Shown: positions 9,082-19,319 of the stretch, piece after piece | How the letters are laid out: each line of letters opens with the position of its first letter | Numbering within the stretch: position 1 is the first letter of the stretch | DNA from: Halorutilales archaeon Cl-col2-1 | GTDB taxonomy: Archaea; Halobacteriota; Halobacteria; Halobacteriales; Afararchaeaceae | DNA: 64,000 nt | Assembly: GCA_041891055.1 (NCBI GenBank) | Contig: CP169074.1 | Location: 864,001 to 928,000 of the forward strand | Direction of reading: 5' to 3' | The notes under the pieces: model-generated | Databases searched by the model: none | Seen by the model: the letters and a program-made list of their open reading frames with translations, nothing else | What the model was told of the DNA's origin: nothing | Program-made: the position numbers and the translations under genes

Positions 9082-10050
9082 ATGCTTGAGTTTGGGACTG
9101 CGGAAGCACGCAGTGGCGAGAAGGACACGGGAAGACTACGAGCCGGAGAGCTACGTGACGGCTCCGACTTCGGGATTCCGGTAGCCGTAGTCAACGGCTC
9201 GGGCAGAGGCAAGACGCTCTACATACAGGCGGGGAGCGACGGAGACGAACTAAACGGTGTCTCCGTTGTACGTGAGATTTACAGAAGGATAGATCCTGAG
9301 GAAGTATCGGGAAACCTACTCATAGTCGGCGTTCTCAACTTCCACGGCTTCCAGAGAGCCGTCCACCGGAATCCTCTCGACGACATCAAGCTCAACAGGG
9401 CTTTCCCGGGGTCGAGGGACTCCAGCAGTCAGCGTCTCGTCAACCTCGTCTACGAGGAGGGGGTCAAGAGATCCGACCTCGCGCTCGACCTCCATCAGGG
9501 ATCGACGAGCCGTATGATCGACGAGGTAAGAGTGAGATGTGGGGAGGATCACTACCTCCACTCCGACTGCATGGATCTCGCACAGACCTTCGGCACCGAG
9601 TACATACTCGACGAGAAGGGAGCAGAGGGACAGCTTGCGAGGGTCGCACCCGACGAGGGTATTCCGACCGTAGACCCAGAGCTTGGAGGTAGCGTAGGTG
9701 TCGACGGGGCGTCGGTCGAGAAGGGCGTGAGAGGAATCTTCAACGTCCTCAAAGGTTATGGATTCATCTCGGGTGAGCCTGCTCTCCCGAGGAAACAGAC
9801 GCGCGCGACGGGCTTCGACACGTTCTACACGAGACGCGGTGGAATGGTCGACCTCGAAGTCGATCTCTACGACGAGGTCGAGAGGGGACAGACCCTCTTC
9901 CAGGTAACAGACGTATTCGGAGATGTCAAACAGACTGTGACAGCCGACAACAGAGGTGTAGTCTGGCGGATGAGACGTCTACCGATGGTGGCGACAGGAG
10001 AGTACGTCATGAGCGTCGCTACGGGGATAGACGAGATCGAAACCCCGTAG
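9082..10050 (+). CDS. Succinylglutamate desuccinylase/aspartoacylase family (M14) protein
   Basis: DGDELNG, LNRAFPG, DLHQG, C-terminal biotinyl-like domain. Confidence 0.85.
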   Translation: MLEFGTAEARSGEKDTGRLRAGELRDGSDFGIPVAVVNGSGRGKTLYIQAGSDGDELNGVSVVREIYRRIDPEEVSGNLLIVGVLNFHGFQRAVHRNPLDDIKLNRAFPGSRDSSSQRLVNLVYEEGVKRSDLALDLHQGSTSRMIDEVRVRCGEDHYLHSDCMDLAQTFGTEYILDEKGAEGQLARVAPDEGIPTVDPELGGSVGVDGASVEKGVRGIFNVLKGYGFISGEPALPRKQTRATGFDTFYTRRGGMVDLEVDLYDEVERGQTLFQVTDVFGDVKQTVTADNRGVVWRMRRLPMVATGEYVMSVATGIDEIETP

Positions 10051-10073
10051 TGGGTCGAGACCGTCTTGGGTAT

Positions 10074-10412
10074 ATGTCCGAGAAAGAGAAAGAGACAGAG
10101 ACAGACACAGACATAGAAGCCGACGACCTCCTACCCGCAGAACGTCTCAGACAGTCGGCTCTCGAAGGCGACGTGACACAGATACACAGAGGTGAGAGAC
10201 ACGCCAATGAGGATGACAGATTCGTGATAGACGGCACGACCTTTGAGGTCGTCGAGGTGTACGAGGAGAGACTCGGCGATATGACCGACGAGGACGCACG
10301 TGCCGAGGGGTCGGACAGCTTAGAGGACTACAAGAGACGTGTCGAGAGGGCACACGGTATAGAGTGGGACGACGACAGTACTGCCGTCTTACACAGGTTC
10401 GAGCGCGTCTAG
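10074..10412 (+). CDS. ASCH domain protein
   Basis: GDVTQIHRG...LGDMTDEDARAEG; ATG at 10074 preferred. Confidence 0.8.
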   Translation: MSEKEKETETDTDIEADDLLPAERLRQSALEGDVTQIHRGERHANEDDRFVIDGTTFEVVEVYEERLGDMTDEDARAEGSDSLEDYKRRVERAHGIEWDDDSTAVLHRFERV

Positions 10413-11350
10413 ACCACTCGCGTCTCCCTGTCCTTCTCGGGGTACTCGACCACGACCTCCATCCCGTCGTAAGCCACCTCCGTATGCGAGAAGATTTCAC
10501 GCGCCTGTCTCACGAGGCGCTCGACGCCGTCGGAGTAACGTGAACTCACATGTGTGAGTGCGAGCATCTCGACATCGGCATCCCTCGCCGTCTTGGCTGC
10601 CTCCCTCGCAGTCGAGTGTCCCGTCTCGTAGGCGCGGTCCGACATCTCGTCGTCGAACATCCCGTCGTGTATCAGTAGTGAGGCGTCGCGCGAGGCTTCG
10701 AATATCTCGTCTGTGGTTCTCGTGTCGCCCGTGTAGACGACCTTACGTCCCGGACGTGGTTCCCCGACGACCTGGTCGGGGGTCACAGTAGTTCCGTCGT
10801 CAAGTTCGACACGCTCGCCCTCGTGGAGCTTAGAGAAGAGGGGGCCGGGTGGCACGCCCAGAGCCTCCGCCTTCTGCCTGTCGAACTTACCCTTCCTGTC
10901 GTCCTCCTCTATCGAGTAGCCGACGCTGTTTACGTTCCAGTGCTTCGTACGGAAGACCTCGACCGAGTATCCCCCCATCTCTATGCTGTATCCGTTGCCT
11001 ACCTCGTGTACCCTGACGTCGTAAGCCGGACTGTGTCCCCCCAACTCGACGCAGTCCTCGACGACATTCTCCATCCCCTTCGGGCAGTAGACGTCGACCG
11101 GCTCTTCACGTCCCTGGAAGGTCCAGGTCTGGAAGAGACCCGGGAGGCCGAGTATGTGGTCTCCGTGTATATGTGTCAGGAAGATGGCATCGACACCGAA
11201 GCCCGTGCCGTGTTTCATCATCTGTCTCTGTATTCCCTCGCCGCAGTCGAAGAGGAGACGGTCACCCTCCATCTCGACCATCACACCGCTCGGGTTCCTC
11301 TCGGTAGTCGGGATAGAGCCTCCGGTTCCCAGAAACGTAACGCGTAACAT
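10409..11350 (-). CDS. rnz: Ribonuclease Z
   Basis: FLGTGGSIPT, DCGEG, THIHGDH, GDT, THVSSRY. Confidence 0.95.
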   Translation of the reverse strand: MLRVTFLGTGGSIPTTERNPSGVMVEMEGDRLLFDCGEGIQRQMMKHGTGFGVDAIFLTHIHGDHILGLPGLFQTWTFQGREEPVDVYCPKGMENVVEDCVELGGHSPAYDVRVHEVGNGYSIEMGGYSVEVFRTKHWNVNSVGYSIEEDDRKGKFDRQKAEALGVPPGPLFSKLHEGERVELDDGTTVTPDQVVGEPRPGRKVVYTGDTRTTDEIFEASRDASLLIHDGMFDDEMSDRAYETGHSTAREAAKTARDADVEMLALTHVSSRYSDGVERLVRQAREIFSHTEVAYDGMEVVVEYPEKDRETRVV

Positions 11351-11351
11351 C

Positions 11352-11609
11352 TTAGACGAGATCCTTGATCTTCGTAGCGGGCTTCGTCGACTTTATGTCG
11401 GTGTCGATCATTCCGACGACTTCGAGGTCTGTGGTTTCGAGGTAGTCCTTGCCCGAGGCTCCCTCGACGACCTCCTTCCGCATACGGAACTCGTGTCCGT
11501 CGTACTCGACGTCGACGCCGTCCCTGTCGAACCTCAGTACTGTTCCCGAGTGGACGACCTCAGACTTATCACTGTTATTATCGGAGTCCTCAGATCCGGA
11601 ATCAGACAT
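11352..11609 (-). CDS. Conserved haloarchaeal hypothetical protein
   Basis: Acidic 85 aa, LRFDRDGVDVEYDGHEF, in line with rnz. Confidence 0.65.
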   Translation of the reverse strand: MSDSGSEDSDNNSDKSEVVHSGTVLRFDRDGVDVEYDGHEFRMRKEVVEGASGKDYLETTDLEVVGMIDTDIKSTKPATKIKDLV

Positions 11610-11662
11610 ACATAGACGTAGGTCGGTTCACCGAATAAGGCTCACGGATTGGAGTAGATGTG

Positions 11663-13009
11663 TCAGACTCCAGCCTCGTCGTCGAGTTCGAGTGCCTTAT
11701 CGACGGCTTCGTCGGCTGATTCGGCTAAGAGCCTGACCATCGTCTCCTTTCCGACGTCCCCCCTGTCGAGAACCGCGTCGGGAGCCTCATCGCGCCCCTC
11801 CATCACGACCTTCGCGCTCCAGCTCATCGTACTCCCCTCAGTCGACTTTATTCTTTCAGGCTCCTCCGATCTGTCGAACTCGACAGTATCCCAGCCGAGA
11901 CTGTCTACGGCTTTCTCTATCCTGTCGTCGAGACGGAGGTTCGCGGCAGCGTTGACCGACTCGTCGTAGTCACGTACTCCCAAGAGGAAACGCGCGACAT
12001 GGCTTGACGCCCCTAGCCAGGCTCCCGACGTCGCCTTGACACCATCGGAGAGCCGCGAGATACGCCCTTCGACTCCGGCGACCTCATCTACTGAGACGGC
12101 GTACGGAGTCGTGACAGCGAAGTTGGTGCCGACCTCGGGGACAATCCGTGAGATGTCCTCCGACTCGAAGGTCTCGACTGCGTTCCTGACCTTCTCTACG
12201 GCGTCGAACCGCGCCGCCGAGTTACGTAGTCCAGCCAGGTGGTGGACAGAGCCATTACCCTCGCCGACATCTAGACCGTATCTTATCGCTCGGTGAATGA
12301 ACTCCTCTCCCCTCGCAACAGCAGTCTGGAGATCCTCTCCTTTAGCGAGTTCGGCGGTCACAGCCGACGATAGCGCGCAGCCCGTGCCGTGTGTGTTCTC
12401 AGTTTCGAACCTCTCCTTGTAGAACTTGCGTGAGTTGGCGAGACGCAGGACATCGACTATCTCGTCGGAGTCGTCCTCGGAGTGTCCACCCTTGATGAGA
12501 GCCGCGTCAGCTCCGAGGCTTTCGGTGATTATCTTCGCCGCTCTCTCCATCGATTTCTCGTCGTGAACCTCGACGTCGGCGAGTACCTCAGCCTCGGGTA
12601 TGTTGGGTGTAACAAGACTCGCCTCGGGGACGAGTTCATCTCGGAGGAGTTCCTCGGCGTCCTCGTCCAAGAGTCTGTCACCGCTCTGTGCGACCATCAC
12701 GGGATCGACCACAAGAGGAAAATCATGTCCGCGTACCTTCTCGGCGACAGCCTCTATTATCTCGGTGCTTCCGAGCATTCCCGTCTTCGCGGCTCCGATG
12801 TTGAAGTCGGAGACTACGGAGTCTATCTGTGCGACTACCTCGTCAGGTGGGACGGGATGTACCGAGTCGACCCCGAGCGTGTTCTGTGCTGTGATATTGG
12901 TGACAGCCGAAGTTCCGAAGACGCCTCTCGCCTCGAATGTCTTGAGATCCGCCTGTATCCCGGCGCCGCCTCCCGAGTCGGAGCCCGCTACTGTTAAGGC
13001 TACTTCCAT
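11663..13009 (-). CDS. thiDN: Bifunctional HMP/HMP-P kinase - thiamine-phosphate synthase (ThiD-ThiN)
   Basis: [24 protein letters not shown]-terminal [16 protein letters not shown] ThiN domain. Confidence 0.95.
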   Translation of the reverse strand: MEVALTVAGSDSGGGAGIQADLKTFEARGVFGTSAVTNITAQNTLGVDSVHPVPPDEVVAQIDSVVSDFNIGAAKTGMLGSTEIIEAVAEKVRGHDFPLVVDPVMVAQSGDRLLDEDAEELLRDELVPEASLVTPNIPEAEVLADVEVHDEKSMERAAKIITESLGADAALIKGGHSEDDSDEIVDVLRLANSRKFYKERFETENTHGTGCALSSAVTAELAKGEDLQTAVARGEEFIHRAIRYGLDVGEGNGSVHHLAGLRNSAARFDAVEKVRNAVETFESEDISRIVPEVGTNFAVTTPYAVSVDEVAGVEGRISRLSDGVKATSGAWLGASSHVARFLLGVRDYDESVNAAANLRLDDRIEKAVDSLGWDTVEFDRSEEPERIKSTEGSTMSWSAKVVMEGRDEAPDAVLDRGDVGKETMVRLLAESADEAVDKALELDDEAGV

Positions 13010-13063
13010 GTGGGACGTATAGAGACCGTTCGACTTTTATCTGTCTCTGTCGTCTTGCCATAC

Positions 13064-14341
13064 ATGAAGATTCTCGTGGTCGGCGGCGCGGGCGCGATGG
13101 GGGAGTGGTTCGTAGGGTTCTTCGAGGAGCGTGGCTACGACGTCTACGTGAGCGACCCCGACGCCGACGACTCAGTTCCTCTCAAACGTGTCGACGACTT
13201 CGACATCGTCGTAGTCTCGGTTCCGATAGACTCGACCGTCGAGGTTATCGAGGAGGTCGCTCCGCGTATGTCGGACGGTCTACTGATGGACATCACGAGT
13301 GTCAAGAAGAAGCCCGTCGACGCGATGCGCGAGAACGTCTCCGAGGACGTAGAGGTTCTTGGGACACATCCGATGTACGGTCCAAGCGTGCGGTCTATGA
13401 GGGGCCAGACCGTGATAATCGTTGAGGTACATACGGGAGAGAGAGCCGAGGAGATTGTCTCTCTCTTCGACGACGCAGGGGCTAACATACAGAGAGTCTC
13501 GGCTAAGGAACACGACGAGATGATGAGCGTCGTCCAGGGTCTGACCCATTTCTCCTACATTACAGTAGGAAGGACTCTCGAACGTATTGACTTCGACGTC
13601 GACGAGTCGAGACGTTTCATGTCTCCCGTCTACGAGATAACACTCGACTTCGTGGGACGTATACTCAATCAGAACCCTCATCTCTACGCCGATATACAGG
13701 AGAACCAGCCCGTAGGCGTGGTACACGACGCCTTCGTCGAAACTGCGCGTGAACTCAGAGGTCTCGTAGAGGACGGTGACCATGACGGATTTGTCGACGT
13801 GATGAACGACTCGGCGAGACATTACGGCGACACCAAAAGCGCACTCCGACGATCCGATAAACTCATAGACGCGAAGGTCGAGGAGTACGAGGAGTTACAC
13901 GAGAGCCTGGGCGACGAAAGGGGTCTCCGACACGTCTACTCCGATACTGTCCACGTCGGAGTAGTCGACGAGATCGATGGGCAGACGGTCTATCTCGACG
14001 AGGGCACCGAGGTCGTAGAGTTAAACACGAGTAACGTCGAGCTTCTCTCCGAAGACGAACTCAGAGACTGGAAGCTCGAAAGCCTCGAAAGACACGAGAG
14101 GGACGTAAGCGTCGTATTTAGTCACGGGATCGACACCGAGGTTCTCGAAGACGTACTTGTCTCGTCAGACGACGACGTCGTCGAAGTCGAGACTGTCGAT
14201 ATCTACGACGGCGACGCAGTTCCCGAGGATGCCGTCAGCTACACAGTGCGTCTGGGGATAATAGGTGACGCAGATCCAGGCGAGGTCGTCGGCTCGGTAG
14301 TCGAGACACTCGAAGGACTCGGAGGCGAAATAAGGACATGA
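13064..14341 (+). CDS. tyrA: Prephenate dehydrogenase with long C-terminal extension
   Basis: MKILVVGGAGAMG, DITSVK, HPMYGP, HDEMMSVVQGLTH. Confidence 0.9.
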   Translation: MKILVVGGAGAMGEWFVGFFEERGYDVYVSDPDADDSVPLKRVDDFDIVVVSVPIDSTVEVIEEVAPRMSDGLLMDITSVKKKPVDAMRENVSEDVEVLGTHPMYGPSVRSMRGQTVIIVEVHTGERAEEIVSLFDDAGANIQRVSAKEHDEMMSVVQGLTHFSYITVGRTLERIDFDVDESRRFMSPVYEITLDFVGRILNQNPHLYADIQENQPVGVVHDAFVETARELRGLVEDGDHDGFVDVMNDSARHYGDTKSALRRSDKLIDAKVEEYEELHESLGDERGLRHVYSDTVHVGVVDEIDGQTVYLDEGTEVVELNTSNVELLSEDELRDWKLESLERHERDVSVVFSHGIDTEVLEDVLVSSDDDVVEVETVDIYDGDAVPEDAVSYTVRLGIIGDADPGEVVGSVVETLEGLGGEIRT

Positions 14342-15693
14342 CTGAACGCGACGAGATACTCGACACGGTGCGTTACACCGCGAAAGCACACGACTTCACG
14401 ACTGAGGAGATAGACAACTACCTCCCCTTCGACGCAGACCCAGACGAAGTTAGGGGAGTGATATCCGACAACGTCTACGACGTCTCAGTGGGCGAGACAG
14501 AGGAGGGGGTCTTCACGAGGGTCGAGGGCGACGAGGTGGAGGTGGACTTCGATCCTGGCATCTCCGACCGTATAGAGTCGAACGTCGGTGGGATACTCGA
14601 AGAAGAGATCAAGTCGGAGAGACAGATTCTGGAGTACATAGACTCACTCAGGGGAAGCTATCCGGGTTCGGGAGTCGAGTACACCGCAGAGGACTGTCTG
14701 GCTTACCTCGTCTACCACTTCCCCGCCTACTACGTCGAGGCGAAACACGTCCTCTCAGACCTGCCTCTCAAGGACAGGATGCGCGTCCTCGATGTAGGCG
14801 CGGGTGTGGGAGCGAACGCACTGGGTCTCCACGACTTACTTCCGTCACAGACCGCGGTCGAGTACACTGCTGTCGAACCCTCGGAAGCCGCCGAGTACCT
14901 CGAACGTCTACTCTCGGAGACTCGGACGACCTTCGGTACGAACGTAGAGAAGGAGACAGCCGGCTCATTCTCTCCCGAAGCCGATGAGAGATACGACCTC
15001 ATACTCTTCTTCAACGTTTTGAACGAGCTAAGTGATCCTGTCGACGTCCTCGAAGAGTACATCGAGTACCTCTCCGAAGACGGAAGCCTCGTCGTAGTCG
15101 ATCCCGCCGACCTAGAGACCTCGGTTCCGCTGCGTGAGATACAGCGCGAGTTCCACCACGACTACACTGTTTACGGCCCGTGTACGTATCTCTGGGACGA
15201 GAAATGCGGAGGCAGATGCTGGAGCTTCGACTCGGTCGGGTTCGAGCCCCCCGACTTCGCGCGTTCGTACGTCGGTGACAGGGACGCCTACGTCCGCGAC
15301 GAGGTCAAGTACTCGCATTTCGTCCTGCGTAAGGACGGCAGAACGCGGCGTTCGTACGACGCCAGAAGGTCGGAGGAGGCTATGATGGACGAGATGTCGG
15401 AAAACGTCGGAAGACGGATACGTGTAACGGCGGCTAAGATGAGCGGCGACCTCAGCGATGACGACAAAGGAACCGAGGTCTACAAGGTCTGTGACGGCTC
15501 GGCAAAGTCGGAGCACTACGCCGTCCTGAGGGACGAGACTGAGTTCAACCGCTATCTCCGAGACGCCGACTACGGCGAGATACTCCGTCTCGAAGACGTC
15601 TTAGTACATTACAATCCCAACGAGTCGGAAGACGTTCCCGAGTCGTACCACCTTGTCGTCGACGACGAGTCAGTCGTCGCAAGACAAGAGTAA
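14338..15693 (+). CDS. Rsm22-like SAM-dependent methyltransferase
   Basis: AYLVYHFP, VLDVGAGVG, Cys cluster GPC..C...CWSF. Confidence 0.8.
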   Translation: MTERDEILDTVRYTAKAHDFTTEEIDNYLPFDADPDEVRGVISDNVYDVSVGETEEGVFTRVEGDEVEVDFDPGISDRIESNVGGILEEEIKSERQILEYIDSLRGSYPGSGVEYTAEDCLAYLVYHFPAYYVEAKHVLSDLPLKDRMRVLDVGAGVGANALGLHDLLPSQTAVEYTAVEPSEAAEYLERLLSETRTTFGTNVEKETAGSFSPEADERYDLILFFNVLNELSDPVDVLEEYIEYLSEDGSLVVVDPADLETSVPLREIQREFHHDYTVYGPCTYLWDEKCGGRCWSFDSVGFEPPDFARSYVGDRDAYVRDEVKYSHFVLRKDGRTRRSYDARRSEEAMMDEMSENVGRRIRVTAAKMSGDLSDDDKGTEVYKVCDGSAKSEHYAVLRDETEFNRYLRDADYGEILRLEDVLVHYNPNESEDVPESYHLVVDDESVVARQE

Positions 15694-15726
15694 AGATATT
15701 TGATACGTAACTGTGTATATCCGACA

Positions 15727-16392
15727 ATGTCAGACAGTGACAGTGACCCGCCTTCGACGCGCGACGAACTCGAAGAGCTGGGTTTCTACGACAACGAGTT
15801 CACCGAGTTCCCTCCCGAGCTCAGCGGAATAAAGAGGTTCAAGGTCGAAGGGAAGACAGAGCCCTTGGTCGAGTCGCTCGACATCTTCGAAGCCAACTTC
15901 CTCAGGAAGGAGGTCATAGAAGCACTCGGAAGAATAGGTGACGACAACGCCGTTGACCGTCTCCTCGACGAGGTAGACGACGCCGACACACGTATAGATG
16001 CGATAGAAGCACTTGCACGGATAGGCTCGCCGAAGGCGTCCGAGAAGCTCGAAGATACTCTTGACCCCGAGGCTAACATCCCCGACAACGTACGTGCGAA
16101 GGCGGCGGACGCCCTCGGCAAGATAGGGGACTCGGGATCGACAGACGCAGTCGTCGGAGCCCTCGAAATGGAGTCGGTACGAGTCAGAGAGTCGGCAGCG
16201 GAGGCTCTCGGAAGTATAGGAGACGAGGACGCCGTCGAGGATCTGGGTAGCCTCCTCGAAGAAGAGACACACGAGTCAGTACGCGTGAGCGCGGCGAAGT
16301 CTCTCGCAGAGATAGGCGGTGAGAGGGCGCGCGGGATACTCGAAGACTACTCCGACGACACGAACGAGCTAGTGGCTAAAGCGGCGTCTTGA
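15727..16392 (+). CDS. HEAT/PBS-lyase repeat protein
   Basis: Repeated VRxxAAxALGxIG units. Confidence 0.85.
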   Translation: MSDSDSDPPSTRDELEELGFYDNEFTEFPPELSGIKRFKVEGKTEPLVESLDIFEANFLRKEVIEALGRIGDDNAVDRLLDEVDDADTRIDAIEALARIGSPKASEKLEDTLDPEANIPDNVRAKAADALGKIGDSGSTDAVVGALEMESVRVRESAAEALGSIGDEDAVEDLGSLLEEETHESVRVSAAKSLAEIGGERARGILEDYSDDTNELVAKAAS

Positions 16393-16471
16393 CCTCGGCT
16401 AGAATTTACACACAAATTTAGGCACGAAGGGAAAGATATATTTCTATTTAGTGGTACAGACCTAGTAGATC

Positions 16472-16960
16472 ATGGACAGAAGAGACTTCCTGAAGGCTGC
16501 GGGAGCGACATCGATAGCTGGACTCGCCGGCTGTACAGGCGGCGGGGGCGGAGGAAACGGCGGAGATACCGGCGGTGACGGTGGAGGCGACACCGGCGGA
16601 AACGGCGGAGACTCAGGTGGAGACAGCGGAGGAGACTCGGGTGGAGACTCCGGCGGAAACGGCGGAGGCGGAACCACGGGACTCCCCGAAGGTGTCTCTC
16701 AGGAACAGTTCGACACTGGTCCCGTCCCCGACGCCTACTCGACCGCAACCTCACAGGGTGGTACCGCCAGAAACCCCGACGTCCTCCAGGCAAAGAGTGG
16801 CGTCAGCTACCAGTCAGAGCCGAGTTCGGGTGACCAGTGTGATGGCTGTGTCCAGTACGTACCCGACCAGAACGACGACGGCTACGGCGCATGTGCTCTC
16901 GTAGAGGGCTACATCCATCCCCAGGGATGGTGCTCGCTCTACGCTGCGTACCAGGGCTAG
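16472..16960 (+). CDS. Tat lipoprotein with high-potential iron-sulfur (HiPIP) domain
   Basis: MDRRDFLK, LAGC; YQ..QCDGCVQY...GACALVEG.IHPQGWC. Confidence 0.85.
   Translation: MDRRDFLKAAGATSIAGLAGCTGGGGGGNGGDTGGDGGGDTGGNGGDSGGDSGGDSGGDSGGNGGGGTTGLPEGVSQEQFDTGPVPDAYSTATSQGGTARNPDVLQAKSGVSYQSEPSSGDQCDGCVQYVPDQNDDGYGACALVEGYIHPQGWCSLYAAYQG
16538..16672 (+). repeat. Coding Gly-rich tandem repeat (GGD[S/T]/GGNGG)
   Basis: Imperfect 12-bp repeats such as ggcggagactca/ggtggagacagc forming the HiPIP linker. Confidence 0.8.
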
Positions 16961-16998
16961 AAGAGTAGAGTAGTACAGAATCCTTTTCCGACCAACTA

Positions 16999-17661
16999 CT
17001 ACCTGTTCTGTGTCTCCTTGAGGTACTCCTCTAGGAGTCCGGGGAACTCACGTCCTCTCATGTAACGCAGACCGAAGTCGCTCGCCCATCTTATTATACC
17101 CTCGTCCTCTGTCACGACTCCGGCGTCGAGTTCACGTGCGAGTATGAGGAGGTCGAAGTCCTCGCGTGAGTCGAGGACTCCCTGGCGGAGCGTGTCGCGG
17201 TACTTGTCTCTGAGGTCTGAGACAACCTTGTCGACCTCGGTCATGTAGTCGTGTTCGTCGACAGTCTCCGCCTTCGACTTCTCTGCTTTCCTGACAGCCT
17301 CCTCCGAGACACGGAGACCACGGTTGACGCGGTCGCTCATCTCGTCTATGAAGCCATAGACTATCTCGGCGGGAATCATGACCTCGAACCTCGCGGGGTT
17401 CTTCTTTATTATCCAAGTGTTGAGTCGTGAGTAAGTTTCGTCTGAGATATCCCTGTCACGTAACATACCGTCGAGTTCATCGTAGATCGAGGGCGGGAAG
17501 TAACACGATATGTTGAGCTTGAGCTTCGCATCTGCTATGAGGTCAAGAAGACGCGTGAGTGCGTCCTCTAAGCTTTCGCCCTCCCTGCGTATCTCGTCGG
17601 TCATGAAAGCCGACGTATCGACGACGAACCTCTGTTTGAGAGGATGTTCGGGTCTCGACAT
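16999..17661 (-). CDS. HARP, RNA-free RNase P (PIN-domain 'RNA ligase partner' family)
   Basis: [45 protein letters not shown]. Confidence 0.9.
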   Translation of the reverse strand: MSRPEHPLKQRFVVDTSAFMTDEIRREGESLEDALTRLLDLIADAKLKLNISCYFPPSIYDELDGMLRDRDISDETYSRLNTWIIKKNPARFEVMIPAEIVYGFIDEMSDRVNRGLRVSEEAVRKAEKSKAETVDEHDYMTEVDKVVSDLRDKYRDTLRQGVLDSREDFDLLILARELDAGVVTEDEGIIRWASDFGLRYMRGREFPGLLEEYLKETQNR

Positions 17662-17726
17662 ACCGAATGAATAGACGTTACGAGAGACAGATCAAGCTTA
17701 GGTTTCAGCGTTTGGGTGGCTGAGAC

Positions 17727-19208
17727 TCAGACGAGGGAATCGCCTGTCATATCGTCGGGTGCCTCAATCCCGAGTAACTCTAGGAGGCTCGGAGCGATGT
17801 CGCGAAGCTCTCCGTGTCTCCCGACCTCGCCTTCTCCGTCTATATGTATGAAGGGCGCGGGGTTGAAGGTATGTGCGGTATGTGGGTCGTCATGATTCCC
17901 CATCTCGTCGGCGTTTCCGTGGTCGGCTGTCACGATAACCTCGGCTCCGTCCTCGACGAGAGCGTTGACGAGCTCTCCCGCACACGAGTCGACGAACTCA
18001 CACGCCTCGACGGCGGCTTCGTAGTCTCCCGTGTGTCCTACCATATCGGGGTTAGCGTAGTTGAGTATGAGGAGGTCGTACTCTCCGACGGCTTCGAGTG
18101 CCTCGTCGGTGACCTCACGCGCGCTCATACGGGGTGTCTCGTCGTAGGTCTCGACGTCAGGGCTCGGAACTATGACACGCTCCTCACCCTCGAAGGGCTC
18201 CTCTCTGCCTCCGTTGAGGAAGTAGGTCACGTGGGCGTACTTCTCGGTCTCAGCTATCCGCATCTGTGTCATTCCCTCGTCCGAGACGACTTCGCCTAAG
18301 ACGTTCTTGGGCTCGACGGGGTCGAAAGCTACGTCTAAGCCGTACTCGGAGTCGTACTCGGTCATCGTAGTAAAGTCGAGGTCGAGAGATGGATACTCCC
18401 GGGTGTCCCAAGAGTCGGAGTCTATGCCGTTCAGCATACGCGTAAGCTGGCGCGCCCTGTCGGCACGGAAGTTGAAGAAGACGACTGAGTCGCCGTCTTC
18501 GAGAGCGGGAGCGTCTTCGACGACTGTCGGCTCGACGAACTCGTCTGTCTCTCCCCTGTCGTAGGCTTCCTCGACCGCCTCGCTGGCTGTCTCGGCGTCT
18601 CTGCCCTCGCGCTCAACTATCGCGTCGTAAGCCATGCCCGTGCGTTCCCATCTCTCGTCCCTGTCCATCGCGTAGTAACGTCCCGAGACCGTCGCAACCG
18701 TCGCATCTGTCTCGTCCGCCTTCTCCTCTAACTCCTCGATATAACCGAGAGCACTCTTCGGAGGAGTGTCACGTCCGTCGAGGAAAGCGTGTACGACCGC
18801 CTCGCGTCGGTGGTCTTGTGCCATCTCTAAGAGGGAGTGGAGATGTCTCTGTGCCGAATGTACACCGCCGTCGCTCACGAGTCCCATGAGATGGAGACGG
18901 TCTCCCGACTCGACCGCATCGACGAGTGCTTCGTTCTCGAAGAAGGAGCCGTCGTCTATAGACTCGTCTATCCGTTTTATGGGCTGTCTGACTATCCTCC
19001 CCGCGCCTATGTTGAGATGTCCGACCTCGGAGTTTCCCATCTGACCCTCAGTGAGACCGACGGAGGGTCCGTGTGTCGTGAGAAGACCGAACCTGCCCTC
19101 GCGTCTCCATCTGTCGAAGTTGGGTGTCTCGGCGTTTGCGACCGCATTCCCCTGAGTCTCGTCACGTATTCCCCAGCCGTCGAGTATTATGAGCGCGGCG
19201 TGAGTCAT
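17727..19208 (-). CDS. gpmI: 2,3-BPG-independent phosphoglycerate mutase
   Basis: LIILDGWG, QMGNSEVGH, GRYYAMDRD, AETEKYAHVT, ADHGN. Confidence 0.95.
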   Translation of the reverse strand: MTHAALIILDGWGIRDETQGNAVANAETPNFDRWRREGRFGLLTTHGPSVGLTEGQMGNSEVGHLNIGAGRIVRQPIKRIDESIDDGSFFENEALVDAVESGDRLHLMGLVSDGGVHSAQRHLHSLLEMAQDHRREAVVHAFLDGRDTPPKSALGYIEELEEKADETDATVATVSGRYYAMDRDERWERTGMAYDAIVEREGRDAETASEAVEEAYDRGETDEFVEPTVVEDAPALEDGDSVVFFNFRADRARQLTRMLNGIDSDSWDTREYPSLDLDFTTMTEYDSEYGLDVAFDPVEPKNVLGEVVSDEGMTQMRIAETEKYAHVTYFLNGGREEPFEGEERVIVPSPDVETYDETPRMSAREVTDEALEAVGEYDLLILNYANPDMVGHTGDYEAAVEACEFVDSCAGELVNALVEDGAEVIVTADHGNADEMGNHDDPHTAHTFNPAPFIHIDGEGEVGRHGELRDIAPSLLELLGIEAPDDMTGDSLV

Positions 19209-19319
19209 TTCTGGTTCTTGTTGAGTATCGAGACGTAGAAGATATAACAGTTCTGTATCTGTATCTCGTGTGCTGCGGTATCTATGGTGTTTTTAGTCCT
19301 CGACGCGTATGTAGTTTAG

